Shown here: one piece after another, positions 12,785 to 25,800 of the stretch
How positions within the stretch are numbered: position 1 is the stretch's first letter
Layout of the letters: the number at the start of each line of letters is the position of its first letter
NCBI GenBank assembly: GCA_964057225.1
Contig: OZ059899.1
Location: 6,200,001 to 6,264,000, forward strand
Length of the DNA: 64,000 nucleotides
Direction: 5' to 3'
Source of the DNA: Auanema rhodensis
Lineage: Eukaryota > Animalia > Nematoda
Program-made: the position numbers and the translations under genes
Notes under the pieces: generated by a model
Seen by the model: the letters and a program-made list of their open reading frames with translations, nothing else
What the model was told of the DNA's origin: nothing
Databases searched by the model: none

Positions 12785-15700
12785 AAGCACATATGACATA
12801 CAATCCCTATCAACAGTCGACTAAATATTATAAGGCTGGGTTTGGTATATTTGCAGTAGTGCATAGGGGATTTGATTCTATATATTCTGTTTTATCATGC
12901 GTTAGCGTTTATGTAAGCATATAGCATAGCTGTCATTTCAAGAAATATGACTTCATTGTTTTCTTCTCTTCAAATAATTTGAAAACACAAATACTATATG
13001 TATATAGTAAATGTAAGCCTTTTTCCAATTCACTTTTCAAAAGCGTTTTCCAATCAAGACGAAGTTTATCTATAGCTTATCTAGGAAATCTGTCCTCTAT
13101 CTTAGCAGTTGCTTCATCTTTTCAGTTCAATAGCAATTTAAGCTATTTGAGAAGTACACTTAGTATAGTGGATGAACACAGAAAAAAAGTAGTTATCTAC
13201 ATGAGAGTAAAAGAGCCAAAAACTCAGAAGATCAATTGATGCTGGTGAGCAATGACCATCTGCTGAGATAGTTAGAGTATCATCTTGTTTATATTCTTGT
13301 AACATATTTACATGCCAGAATTGTAAAAGACTTGTAAGATGTTTAAAACAAGAAAATGATAGTGATAACTCAATTATAATATAATTATCCATACTATTAT
13401 TCTCTGATGACACATCATTGATCATAAGTTTTCTTATATGAGTTAAATTTGGGAGAAATTCTCAATTATTATACAAAAAGAAAGGAAAGAAAGAAGAGTA
13501 TTCGTATTCTTTGTCTTCTTCTACTACAACGTTTATCAGATTTTCTTATCCTCCACATCATTCTCGCCATATTCTGTTGGTTCAGTCGTGAATAAAGAAT
13601 ACTTCCCTCAAACATGTTTGAAATAGTGCATCAACAAGTGTTGGTGGTGTTATAACCGTATGTGTAGTATGGTTAGCGATTATATTCAAAAAAAAAAGTT
13701 TTTCAATTGCGCAGAATTACATATCTATACATACAGAATAATGTATAGAAGAATGTGAATTGTATATTAAATCTATATAATATATTGGCAATTCTGATTT
13801 ATATTTTCATATTTGATTGAATATTATCAAAAATAAGTTTCAAATTAGGTTTATATTTTTTTTTGAATTCAAAGTTTTTTTTAATCTTTGCTTCCTTATT
13901 CTCTTTATTATTTTTGTTCTTTCAGCCTCTATAACAATCATTTCTAAAAGATTGAAGACAATTAGTATTTGAAGACAGAAAACAACACAATCTGCAAAGT
14001 GGTCATACGAAAAGAACTGCATTGAAAATAAAATTTATATTCAATTCACTTAGTTAATCCCTTCGTCCCCTGCAATTCTTAAATAATAACATTTTATCAA
14101 GAGTTTTGATAACTTCTCTAATGAATACAAAAGACTTCGATAATTAGCTCCCAATACCACCTGCTGCGTGCTCTTGTTTCATTGACGACCAATTTTAACT
14201 ATAAGTATATAATTTGCTCATCAGCATGGAGACTCAATAGAAAATTAAGAAGAAAAAAATAGTGCTGATTATAAAGAGATATAATAGAGAAGAGATGATG
14301 TAGTAGTCTTTTCGCCTTCTTAAATTGAATCTCTCGGGCCGATTGCGTCATAATATACCAATATTGTAAATCTGATGATGATGACATGAATTGATGTTTC
14401 TTGTTTTATCTCATCTAGACAATCGACAATCGACAATCTCATTATCTTTGTTTTTTTTCGTGTTGAATAGCTTGAAAGTTGAAAAGAGAACTTGAGCTGT
14501 TTGACGGTAAGAATTTGTTGATGCATTGGAAACAGTATTACTGGAGTAGTTTCACGATGTACAAGTGGCTACGTTGAGAAGATTGAATATGTGAAGATGA
14601 CGTAGGCCATTCATGACAAATCTGTTGACCTGCTTGTAACCTTTGATCTTCTAGAGTCTGCAAAAAGAAGCGACAAAAGAAAAGAATTCTTCGAAACTGT
14701 TCTCGAACCTTTTAGTATCTATCGGCCTTTTTCTAAATTTCCTCTTATATAACTAATTTATATGAAGACATAAGTTTTATGATTCAAAAATATTTACGAA
14801 CGGTCCCTCTACGTTTTGGGAGAAAAGAAACATGAATAAAGACATAACAGCAGTAGCAGCCGCAGGCGACAATTCGATTTTGTATAGCTTGAGAGAGAGA
14901 AAGAGAGGGAGAAAGAGAAACCAATAGCGTGCCAATTCGAGAGAGAAAGGGTTTGAGATGAAGCTGGTGCGATCAGTGAAGCAGAAAGTGCAAATGTTTC
15001 GATTCTGAGCTGTCTTTCACTAGACTCATCTAATATCTCAGCATTCTTTATGCTATTTTGCGCAGTAATTTCAATTGAAATACGAAGGCATATCACTAGA
15101 TAGTCAACCATGTGTAAGTAGATTGCTGATGCTGGTGATGAAGTTTCTAATGTACTTATTGGAGAGAGCGACAACAAACGAGAGATGCATTCATCCTTCC
15201 TCATCATCTTCATTATTGCCATCAGCTTCATTATCTTTTTCTTGTTCATTAACAATTTCAAGCTTCATGTAGTCTTCAGAGAGTTTCCTATTTATTTAAT
15301 CAACAACAGCATAATGATAAACTAAGTTTATAACAATCCAATAAATATAATTATTTGATATAATAAAAAATATTTAAATATAAATAAATAAATAGAATTT
15401 GATCTTCTTAGCATGATCAGTTTTGACAAGATTTACAATTGAAATCTTAGTATGCATGCTCGAAGCAAACGACTGAAACAGCATGACCTACAACTTACAA
15501 CGATTAATGTGTTTTCATCTGGTAATTTTGTTTTTCTTTACGAACATAACTTAGTTTATCTGGTTTTCAATGGTCTTACTGTTTTTTGAATATACGAGTA
15601 CGTTTTTTACACAAACAATAGTTGCACCTGCGTAAACGATGAGATCACCACAGGGGGTTGAGCGGTAACGCCCTGATCTCATACAGCTTCATAATCAGCC

Positions 15701-16644
15701 GGCTGTATGATGATGAGATAGATTGTAGACGTATGATAATGATGATGTAGAGAAAGGAGAATATTCTCGTGTAGTACTTGAAAAGGTCGTGGTTTTTGGC
15801 TCATTCATCGTCTTTATACTATGCATACATTTCGAGAACAATTGAATGGTCTTTGACAGTTTCCGACAACTGATTACTTGCAGACAAGCTAAGTTTGCTT
15901 ATATTCTTCAGATAAATTGTATCTGTGTCTGGTTATCTTGCGTTCGAGACAAACAAGAGTCTATATTTAAATAAAAAGGAAAAAGATGATACAACGTTGT
16001 TTGCAAGTTATCTATTGTTTGATAGAGATGGATGACATACTACATACAATGTACAATTTTATATGTATTTATATTTTAAATAACAAATTAATTATAAGAA
16101 AAAAAGATTTCTTTTTATAATTTTTATCATAATTTTCATTATAATATAATATATAAATGCATAAATAGCATTAATTATAATAATATAAATCTGATTTCAT
16201 TATTAGCTAAATTATATTTCTCATCCAAAAAATAATAATTAGAGATTCATTATAATAACTTATAGATCGTATTTCATGGTCACATACACACTTCTTTCAC
16301 ATATACATACAGTCCTAGTTGGAAAGTTGGACACCCACTAGAAATCCTTGTATCTGAAACAGACTACAGTAAAATCGAAAAAATAAATTTTGAGTGTTAA
16401 AAACCGATAATGAGAGTTAGCACCCATCTTGAACACTCCAACAATTTGATATCGATTTGGATAGCTTCAAACTAATTTTAAAATGAGTTCTTTGTTGTAA
16501 GGTTTGGTCTAATTCAATCACATTTTACGCATATTCAATGTTTCGTTGACTGTGATTTTAACTGAAAATGCTTTCTGTCTTACCCACGTGTAGAGATCAC
16601 GTTTTCAAGATTTATCTGCTCTGTTTAAAAATATTTTTTTACTA

Positions 16645-16824
16645 TTACTCTATTATTCCCAACGTATTTATTAATGGATTAATTCCCATTTCTTCATCTT
16701 TTATCATATCTGGTATACCATCACGCATAAAGATACCTCGAATGTATTTAATACCCATTGAATCTGCTAATTCTTGAAGGTTTATATTTGTTAACGATCT
16801 TAGATCATTTTTGAATTTCTTCAT
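16645..16824 (-). mobile_element. Relic of a Maverick/Polinton (adintovirus-type) cysteine protease gene, N-terminal fragment
   Basis: 59-aa ORF MKKFKNDLRSLTNINLQELADSMGIKYIRGIFMRDGIPDMIKDEEMGINPLINTLGIIE*. It follows the remembered Polinton adenain N-terminal pattern LTNxxLxxxAxxxxIxxFRGVFMRDxLPxxxxxxExGIxN. Similarity stops before the catalytic GTHW motif. No terminal inverted repeats or other Maverick genes are visible nearby. Confidence 0.65.
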
Positions 16825-19800
16825 TAAGGTGTGTTAGACTCTCAAGAGGAAAGAACACCTTAAAAACTAGGAAAAATCATGCTTAAACTAAAGAAAATTA
16901 TTATTTTTGGAATGATTTGAAATGATGTGTCTTCGCTAAAATAGAGTGAAAAGGTGTCTTAGCCTATACAGATATAATACTACTGTCGGTGACCGACAAA
17001 GGGCTTCTTTCTTTCTTTCATGATCGGAAGAAAGACGAAGTGGTCATATAGTAGAGTATGGACATTCAAGTGGATTGAATAACGAAAAGAGCCTGAACAA
17101 GTAAGCCACAAGACGTGAAATGTTCTCCTTCACAGTCTGTTGTCCTGTTCATTTGGTTAAGTTGTTTCTATTCTCATATTCTATAATTTTCGTTACTCAA
17201 TAATAATATTAAATGCTTTCACTTCATAACCAACATGAATTTGGTTATTTAGGTTACCAAACAGAGTGATGCGTGGATATATTCTTTATGAATTCGTGTA
17301 ATAAGAAACAGAAATTATTCAAGCAGAAGATGTCAATGACGATACCCATTTCAACGATCGACCATGACCATTATTTTGCTGATGCTGAGCGATGCATCGA
17401 TGTGCTAGGAAGATAGACGTGAGAAGAGATGATTGTATGCACAGATCCATGCTTTTTTCTCTTTCTCTCTACTATATTTTCTCATTGATCTTCTATAGTT
17501 TCATGAGAAGAAGCGAAGAGGCTTATTGACAGACCAAAATGAAATTCTCAGTGTAGGTTGTCATCATCGTATTCATGGTTTCATATGACGAAGATGGTAG
17601 CTAATTGAAATCCTGTGCATATAAATATAGTTATATGAATACATAAACATTGTCATTTTAATAGAAAAATGTATCTTAAGAAATGTTTTCTAATATATTT
17701 AAATTAAAAATAATTATGATAGTTGTAAAAAATATATGTTAATCTATTTAAAACATATAATCGATTATAAATTATATAAATATCCCTTTATTTTTATAAT
17801 AAACTACATAGTTAATGTAAAATAACCTCAAGATCATACATGAATATATGACAATGAGATTCTATTTTTTTTCCAAAGAAACACCAGCATTGTGAGATGT
17901 TAATCTGGCATTTCATAGGTTCTATTGATCCCTTCCTTCTCCTTTTTCTTCTTCTTCATTCTTTTGTTTACCGAAAGATTTATATATTCATAGATATATC
18001 GCATTGTACCTTATAAAGCATCAGCAGCATGTCACTTTAGAATACAGCTTGTGTTATGCTGGCTTCTAGTAGAGCAATAAACGAGTAAACACAGCTATCT
18101 AATCCTTCCATATTATTGCCGGAAGGATTCCATATACATCATGACAATAATCCAAAGGTCGATTGTAATATAGTTGAATATAGAAAAATGTTTGAAAACC
18201 AAAAGTGAGTTGATTATGAATGGCATGAAAACGACGAAGAAACAAAAATATTGAAACATGAAATGAAAAGCTGACCGACGATAAAGTATATTATAAACAT
18301 TATTAATAGAAAATACAATTATTATATTATATATTCTATATATACATATAATATTATAATATATGTAATTAACTATTTTTCTTCTCAAATATCCATTTTA
18401 GCTCATACTTCTTTTCATTTACGTATAATTTATTTTCTATTACTATATGAATAGCCTATATAGTAATATCTTTATGCATCAGCTTTACTAATCCTTTGCT
18501 GACGATCCTTCTACATGTCCACCTGGCAAGTGGGTAATGACGTTATTCAGATTTCTCATCATACGATTATGAGCAACAGTTGGGTGAACTAGGTGATGAA
18601 GATGATTAACGAGAGAGCGCGAAGGAGATCTAGAGCACGGAGCAGAGACCTAGAACGAGGAAGTAGTTTTGAATAAAGATTAGCTATGATAAACAATACT
18701 TTTCATCTTAAAACTACCATTCAAGCTGTTTATATTAAGTTGCTTACCCTTAGTATTCACTCTCCTTCAATTCATGTTATTCTAGAATGATCCCTGATTT
18801 CAATTTCAAAATTTGTTTTTATTTAAACATATAGCTAGCTATACCTGACAGACAATTGCCTAAGCTATTCATCTTCGTTTCCCAACATATCTATCTATCG
18901 TGTCAGTCACAGCTTCATATCCTCATGAGACCAATTTCTGAACTAATGGTGTCGGCAACCATCACCATCTTTGTCGCTTCAAAAGATTTTGCTACACTGA
19001 AGTCGATCCCCGCAACTAATACAACTAATTTTCTCTACTTAATACTGCCCCATGAACATGTGAAAAAATCCTTGATCTCGGGAAAGATGTGTATAGGAGG
19101 ACAGACGAGGCTCGTACGTGAGAATCGAATGATGAGCCGATTCTGTTGCTCATTGACTTAAGATCAGGTTCATTCTGTTCGTTCGAAACTAATTCAGATT
19201 GAGAGTTCCGATTTTTTTCTTGTAAGCTCAAGTTTCCGATCCCTTTGTCGATGACATATCATGTACGTCGTAGCGTTTTGTCGGTTTCTTTAACATGATT
19301 CTGGTTATGATGCACAGCTGAAAGTGTAGAAAAAGACATGAAAATAGATGAGAAAAGCAGAGAGAACAGAGATATTTATATACATATATGAATATAAAAC
19401 CATCTCTTGATATCAAAAGGATCAAATACTATCTCACATATATGCCTATTTGCCTATATTTGTCTGACCCAATGAGTTGACTTTTAATTTCCAGAGTCTA
19501 TTGTTATTTATTTTTCCTGGCACAGACAAGTTGAAAATGAAAAAAAATTATTTAAAATCTTCATCTTTTTCGTCTATATGCCCAACTTTCTCGTCAACTA
19601 TAAGTTTATTTATTTGATATTCAACCGTATGTTTGAAGAATTCTCAATATCGTCAACCAATTCAACTCAAACTGACAGATATCTGGACTAACAAAAAGCG
19701 GAATCTTGTTCGTCGGAGAGCTCGTTATCATCACCATGTCGCCATCGTCTTCGTCGTTGTCATCGTCACTGCCGGGGATATCTAACGTCGTATATGAATT

Positions 19801-22800
19801 ATCTGGCTCTACCCTGAAACCTTTTGATTTCTCAAATAAAGGAAAGACGAATAAAAGAAAAAGAGAAAGAGAGTGAAATATAGAGGAAGGAAGAGAGATT
19901 ATAGAAATAGATACAAAAGAAGAAAAATATTCTTCTAAAGAGTGTAGCGGAAATACACAAATATACACATGTAAGTATATACATAGAAGGAAAAGATACT
20001 GATAGACACACAGGCGAAATATGCATATATGAGCAAGCAGAAGTAGCTTACAAGACTTCCTCATCTCTATCATGTGTGTGCTAATCGGCAAAGCACTGAT
20101 GTGTGTCATCATCAGATGCTCATGAAATTACATTGGATGCTCTTGAGAAACTTCAGAATCCCTCATGGTTAACAACAGTTGCGATTACATTTTCGTATAT
20201 TCCCGCTACTTAATTCTTCACTGTTCTCTCTCTTATATGCTCTATATCTCCCTCTCTGTATCTTTCTCTCTCTTCCATTATTCTATACATCTACTGTCCC
20301 AGTTCAAATCAGGCAATGGCATACATAGTGTAAACGACGACAACAACGACAACGAACATAGCGCGGATAGAAGGCCGCGTTAGAAAGCATTGCGAGGATA
20401 ATTTGTGTACGTAAATGTCCAAATTACCGTATCCAATAAAACGTGTTTTCTTTAAATGGAATTGTTTGCAAGGCACGAACTAAAATATGAGAGGCTGAGT
20501 AAATGTGTCTGGATACTAGAGATAATGAATAAGCAGAGAGTCCGAAAGAGAGAGAGAGGGAAAGAGGGAGAAAGACAGGGGTACGAAGGAAAAGCGAGAG
20601 AGGAACGGGATGGGAAAGATAAAAAGCGAATGAAAAGAGTACTAAGTGTATACATGTATGTTAAAGATAAAGGGTAAAAGAAAAATGACCGTTACTATAC
20701 CATATAATAATATATAAAATGAGCATTTAATAGCACAGAAAACTGGCATATAAAATGAATTTATAATGATCTTACTATATGAGCAGCAAAAACGAATATT
20801 TTTTCGTGAAAATTGTTTTATTTTGGTTACTTAGGTCCCTATTTTCTTTTCTCTGTCGCCTTTCAGTTTTAATGTTTTCATGTTTTATATTTCGTCTTCT
20901 TCTCATAGTCGAATGTTTTCCAGATTTGTCACCAACTCTTTTAATTCTTAAGAAGAAGAACAAGAAAAAAGAAGATTTTTTTATGATGTTCAATACTCCA
21001 AACCTATTCTATCTCAGTACAACGTCATCATTAGCAAAGATATCAGTAACAGCAGTAAAAAGAAGATGAAGAAGTTGTAGTAGTAGCAGCTGTTTCGAGG
21101 TCGGGACTACCAGCTTCACAAAGAGGAAAACACGTAGATAACTTGACAATTCATTTCTATTGTATATAATGAGATAGAAGAAGAAACATTTAATATAATT
21201 ATTAAGAATTTGCTGACATTATGTACATGTGTATGTTTAGTATGAAATAGCAAAAAATAATTCCGAAATTGAAGTATAGAATGACAAATAAGAAGTCCAT
21301 CATGTTTTAGAAACATAAAGCTTAACTCGATCTTTAGATTTCAAAACGCATGTTGTTTTGAGTTTTACGTGAAACGATTTGAGTGTACAAATGATTAATT
21401 TCCTTCATTTATTGGCGTGATTGACAGGTGGTCGGTTGCATATCATACGATTTCGTTCCTTCTCTATCTGTTCTGTTATTTTTCATTCTTTTCTCTTTTT
21501 GTTCTCTGAAATTAAAAAAAAAACTAGCATGTGGACACTAACGTCCTCGTTGTATTTATTCTCTTACTTTCGTATGATTTCCCTTTTTTTTATATTACGG
21601 GTGCATGATCGGTGCAGTCACACTGAAACTAGCACTGAAAACTTATTCGATACGAATATAATCAATGGTGTTGATCCTATTGAAGTTTTTAACCATTTGT
21701 ACCACACCCCTTTCCCCCACCGCGTTCATCCATGACGACGAGGACGTCAACGCACGCTTGAGTGTTCAACGTAACACCATTAATGACTGGCAGGAGCTGA
21801 AGACGTCTATTGATTAGGTGCAGCAGCCTTCGGCAACGGTGTCAACGGGATTTGAAAAATGTTTTATGCTTTTAAAGCATGAAGATATAAGGTTGAAGTG
21901 AGATCTCAGACACGCATCTATGAAAAAACATTAATTGCTTTCTATAAGACTTAGTTACATGGATTCCCTATGAATACTAACATCTATTGAAGATCAATAT
22001 GTGTATACATGTATAACTTAATACATTTACTTCAATTCGTGAATAAAATTTGATTTTATATATGATTATTCAACTATTTTTTTTTTATTTCAAACTTTAT
22101 TTCATCAAATACTATCGTAATCAATTGGTATTATAACGAAATTTGACAAATCTCACATGCACATACATACTCATACCCACACATATACATACACATAGAA
22201 AATGAGAATAAGGAAAAGAATATACGGATGACAATTGCTCGAATAATTTGCAAAATATTTTGAAAAGTACATAGATAAAGAATACTGTACTAGATTATTG
22301 GTGCAGAAAAACTATTACAATAGACAAGAAGGAACTGTTATTCATCAAATTTTAATTCAGTAAAGTACTTCTCACTGATTAGTTGCAGCTGAAATCTGGT
22401 TTTTGGAGGAACAACATGGTATTGATAGTAAAATCAGACAATTTTGTTTCATTTATAGCTTTGATATACAAATATACATCATTTACTTGCTTATTTCAGT
22501 CCCTATTCCCTCGGTTTCTCTGTGAAAATAGGAGAAATTGGAGTGTAGAAGGAGAGAGGGAGAGGGGGGGGGTTGGTGGAAAGAGAGAGAAAAAGGGAGA
22601 CATATCAAGACAAAAAGAGAGAGGGAAAGAGAGAAATGAGAAGAAGAGAGAGATTGAGTGAGGAGCGACGGTGGCAGAAGAAAAGAGGGTAGAATCAGAA
22701 AGCGAGTGTCATATGTTATGACTTTAACGGACCGAAGTAGAGACGTAGGGTAGGAAATGTGGCTGAGCTGGGCTGAGACGCTCCCTATTCTCTTTTTCTC

Positions 22801-25800
22801 CCTCTCCCTCTATTTTTCTCTCTATCTCATTCTCTTCGTTTTCTTTTCACATCTTCTACTACAACGGAAAGCAACACAACAGTCAACACATAGACAGTCA
22901 ATTCTGACGACTTCTGAAATGAAAACTTGTAACAACAAGCTGAATACAGTTCCTAGTTATGAGGTAATTCACCCTCATCAAATTGACATATAAAAAAAGA
23001 AAAAAAATCAAGATGTATTGAATGAAATGAATGTTCAAAAATACAAATAGAAAAATATGTTTTCTATATAATAAATATATAATATTTCAATTATAAGTAA
23101 TTGGCAGTCAGATTGATATGAATAGATGTGAGTTTGGGACATAATAAAGTTATTTCATTGAGTTATATGATGTGTCATCTGTGGATTCGTTGTGTATGGA
23201 TTGGGTCAGCAGCCTATATTTCGTTAATATTCATAATGTATAGGTCATATCTTAAATTGAAGTAATTTACCTAGAACTATATATATGTATACATATAGTT
23301 TAAAACTAAGTTACATCTTCTCGAATATTCTATTTGCCTTATTTTGCATGTTTTCACCCACTATATCAATGCGATTGTTCTTATTTAAGAAAAATATATT
23401 TTTAAAAACAATGGTGAAGACTATTTGCATTCTAACTTGCTCCCTTTCAAAATTGATGAACTTGTTTGGTAACTTTTTGGGGAAAAAAACTTGGATTGAT
23501 ATTGGTGAACCAACTCTTTAACTCTTTTTCATTTTTTCCCTCGTTTCATCCCTCCATCCTCATTTTTCCTTCAATAAAAAAAATTCATAAATTCATACCA
23601 ATGCCACACGGCATATGCAATCCTGTCTCCTCGTCTCTAGTCTTCTATTTTTCTTCCTTTCATTCTCTCTATTCCCTCACAGCTTTTAGGAGAAATTGTT
23701 TATGATATTTTTGTGATTTTGGAAACTGACGTTAGCTAGTCTATTTTACAATAATCATCGTCTCAATTTTATAGTTGTTATCGTTCAAAAATAACTATAA
23801 TTGCTGCTCGAATTGTGACCAAAAGTTGTCGTCTTCCAACAGGGCTGTCGTCATAAAATGCATATGTATGTCTATCTCTATTCTGATGTCAGTCCCGTCG
23901 ACGACATATTAGTCTTCGTGATTCCATGTATGGTTGTTTATGTTGGCCCCAAATTCGAATTGTGAGTGTGGACGATGAAGATGATGAGGCCGACGGTTAC
24001 TTTCATTCCAGGGGTCACAGTTTCAAATAATATATATACGTGAGGATAGAAGAGTATTACGATATAATGTGTGTATGTATGTATTGGGTTGATGAGATGA
24101 AAGTTAAAACGATGTCTGAGATTTGGTCAACTAGACTGTATTGTGAGTGAATATATACATGTGTGCTTCTCATTCTTCCATTCGGCTCTTCTTCGTCGTT
24201 GTCGTCGTCGACGCCGTCATCATCTTTTCACTTTGTATCCCATTCTTTCTTTATCCATCACCATTTACCTCTTTATTTCATATTGAGAAGAAGAGAAGAA
24301 AGAAAAACTGAAACAGATAAATAAACAATGAAAGTAAAACCAATAAGAAATAAAGGAATTGTTCGCACCGCTCACTGAAGGAGATGGACAACACAACATA
24401 CATATCGATGAAGAGACGAGCAAACATGAAACAGAGAGAATGGGTTAATCAGAAAATGTTCGAGAAAGCGAGAGAAAGAAAGAGAGAGCACAAAACGAAA
24501 CTTACGTAGCTTCTAAGTGCTAAGCCTTTTTTTCGTTTTCAATTTTGTCCTTTATCTTCTTTAATATCAAAGTGATATCTGACAAGTAGAAGATGAAGCT
24601 ATATAACGATGAGACATCTTATCTTTGCGCTGCGCTTCATTTATCCAACGTATTTCCATCTGTCAAACTGATATTTCCTCTCTGCTAAACCTCTTTTCTC
24701 TTTCTATCTTTTCAGTTCGCTTGTCGCCCCGTTTACCGCAAAATCCATTGGGTTTCGTTCGTTAAAATTCATAGAAAAATGTTGTAGTAAAAAGAGAAGA
24801 CAACAAATATTCATCTTCTTTCAGATGTTTGCCTTGTCAGATAACAGGAAAAAAAGGATTTTTTCCAAACATTTTACATAAATACATTCATAGTCTCACA
24901 CATTTCAAAAACTTCAGACCTTTTTCTGCTGCAAAATAGAACAAAGCGTTTTTCCTGGCTGACGCAGTAAATACATCTGAACTATCTAGATAACATATAA
25001 CGATGACGACACTGATCGCAACGGTGAACAAATGTTTCCTTCTTCTCCTTCTTCCTCTTCAATGTCGTCGTTTTCAGAAGTTCCAGATGGTTCTCAGTAG
25101 GTTTATATATACGACAAACAATCATTAGCAGAGAAATGTATTATAGGAAGAAAAACGTGATTGTTAGTAATTTTTTCCTCTAGAGCCTCTTCCTTCGTCC
25201 ACTCACTACTAACACCAAATTTTCGACAAATCTTTATGCTCTGTACAGCATAACAGATCGTTCTCGACTCTTTCGCGTAACGCTCCATCTCAGTCATTGA
25301 TATGTCAAAGCCTGTTGCTGTCCAATCATTGAGGTTCTTTCTTCGTTCCTTCTCGTCAGAGTTCAGCAATATCTTACTTTTTTCATCATTGTTATCGTAG
25401 TTGAAGTTAAAAAATATAATGAAATATTGAGCAAAAAGAAATATAATTAGAAAACTAGGGAGATAGCAATTCATTTACTGTACGTCTTGACAGTTCAAGT
25501 ATGATGTAATGAAGAATGTGAACTAAATTTGAAATAAAAAACAAAATTGGAGCCCTTTTTACCGATTTATTTATATTGAAGACATCTTTCTTCTTCGGTT
25601 CCCTTTATAAAAATTTAAAAAAGTTACGCAGGTTTTTCTCGAATCATCATAAACATCTCTAGTTTTCTCTGGGGCGTCGTCTACATTATAATGCTCGTTC
25701 TTCTTCAAATTGGAAAGCAATCCAGATTGTGACTGATGAGGATTTCAAACGTCACAACATATAAATAGCATCACCATATAGCAAAGTATGTGAACTTTGA

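Noticed and set aside
14809-15261. 150-aa minus-strand ORF
   Set aside because: Built from TCA/TCT-rich and GA-tract low-complexity sequence, with no domain or splice support
16784-16800. 17-bp identity (AGATCGTTAACAAATAT) with 52796-52812 in inverted orientation
   Set aside because: A few such matches are expected by chance in AT-rich 64 kb, and the similarity does not extend
25727-25757. TTGTGAC..GTCACAA hairpin containing CTGATGA (hammerhead or C/D snoRNA-like)
   Set aside because: Lacks the GAAA core and stems II/III, and is too short for a snoRNA
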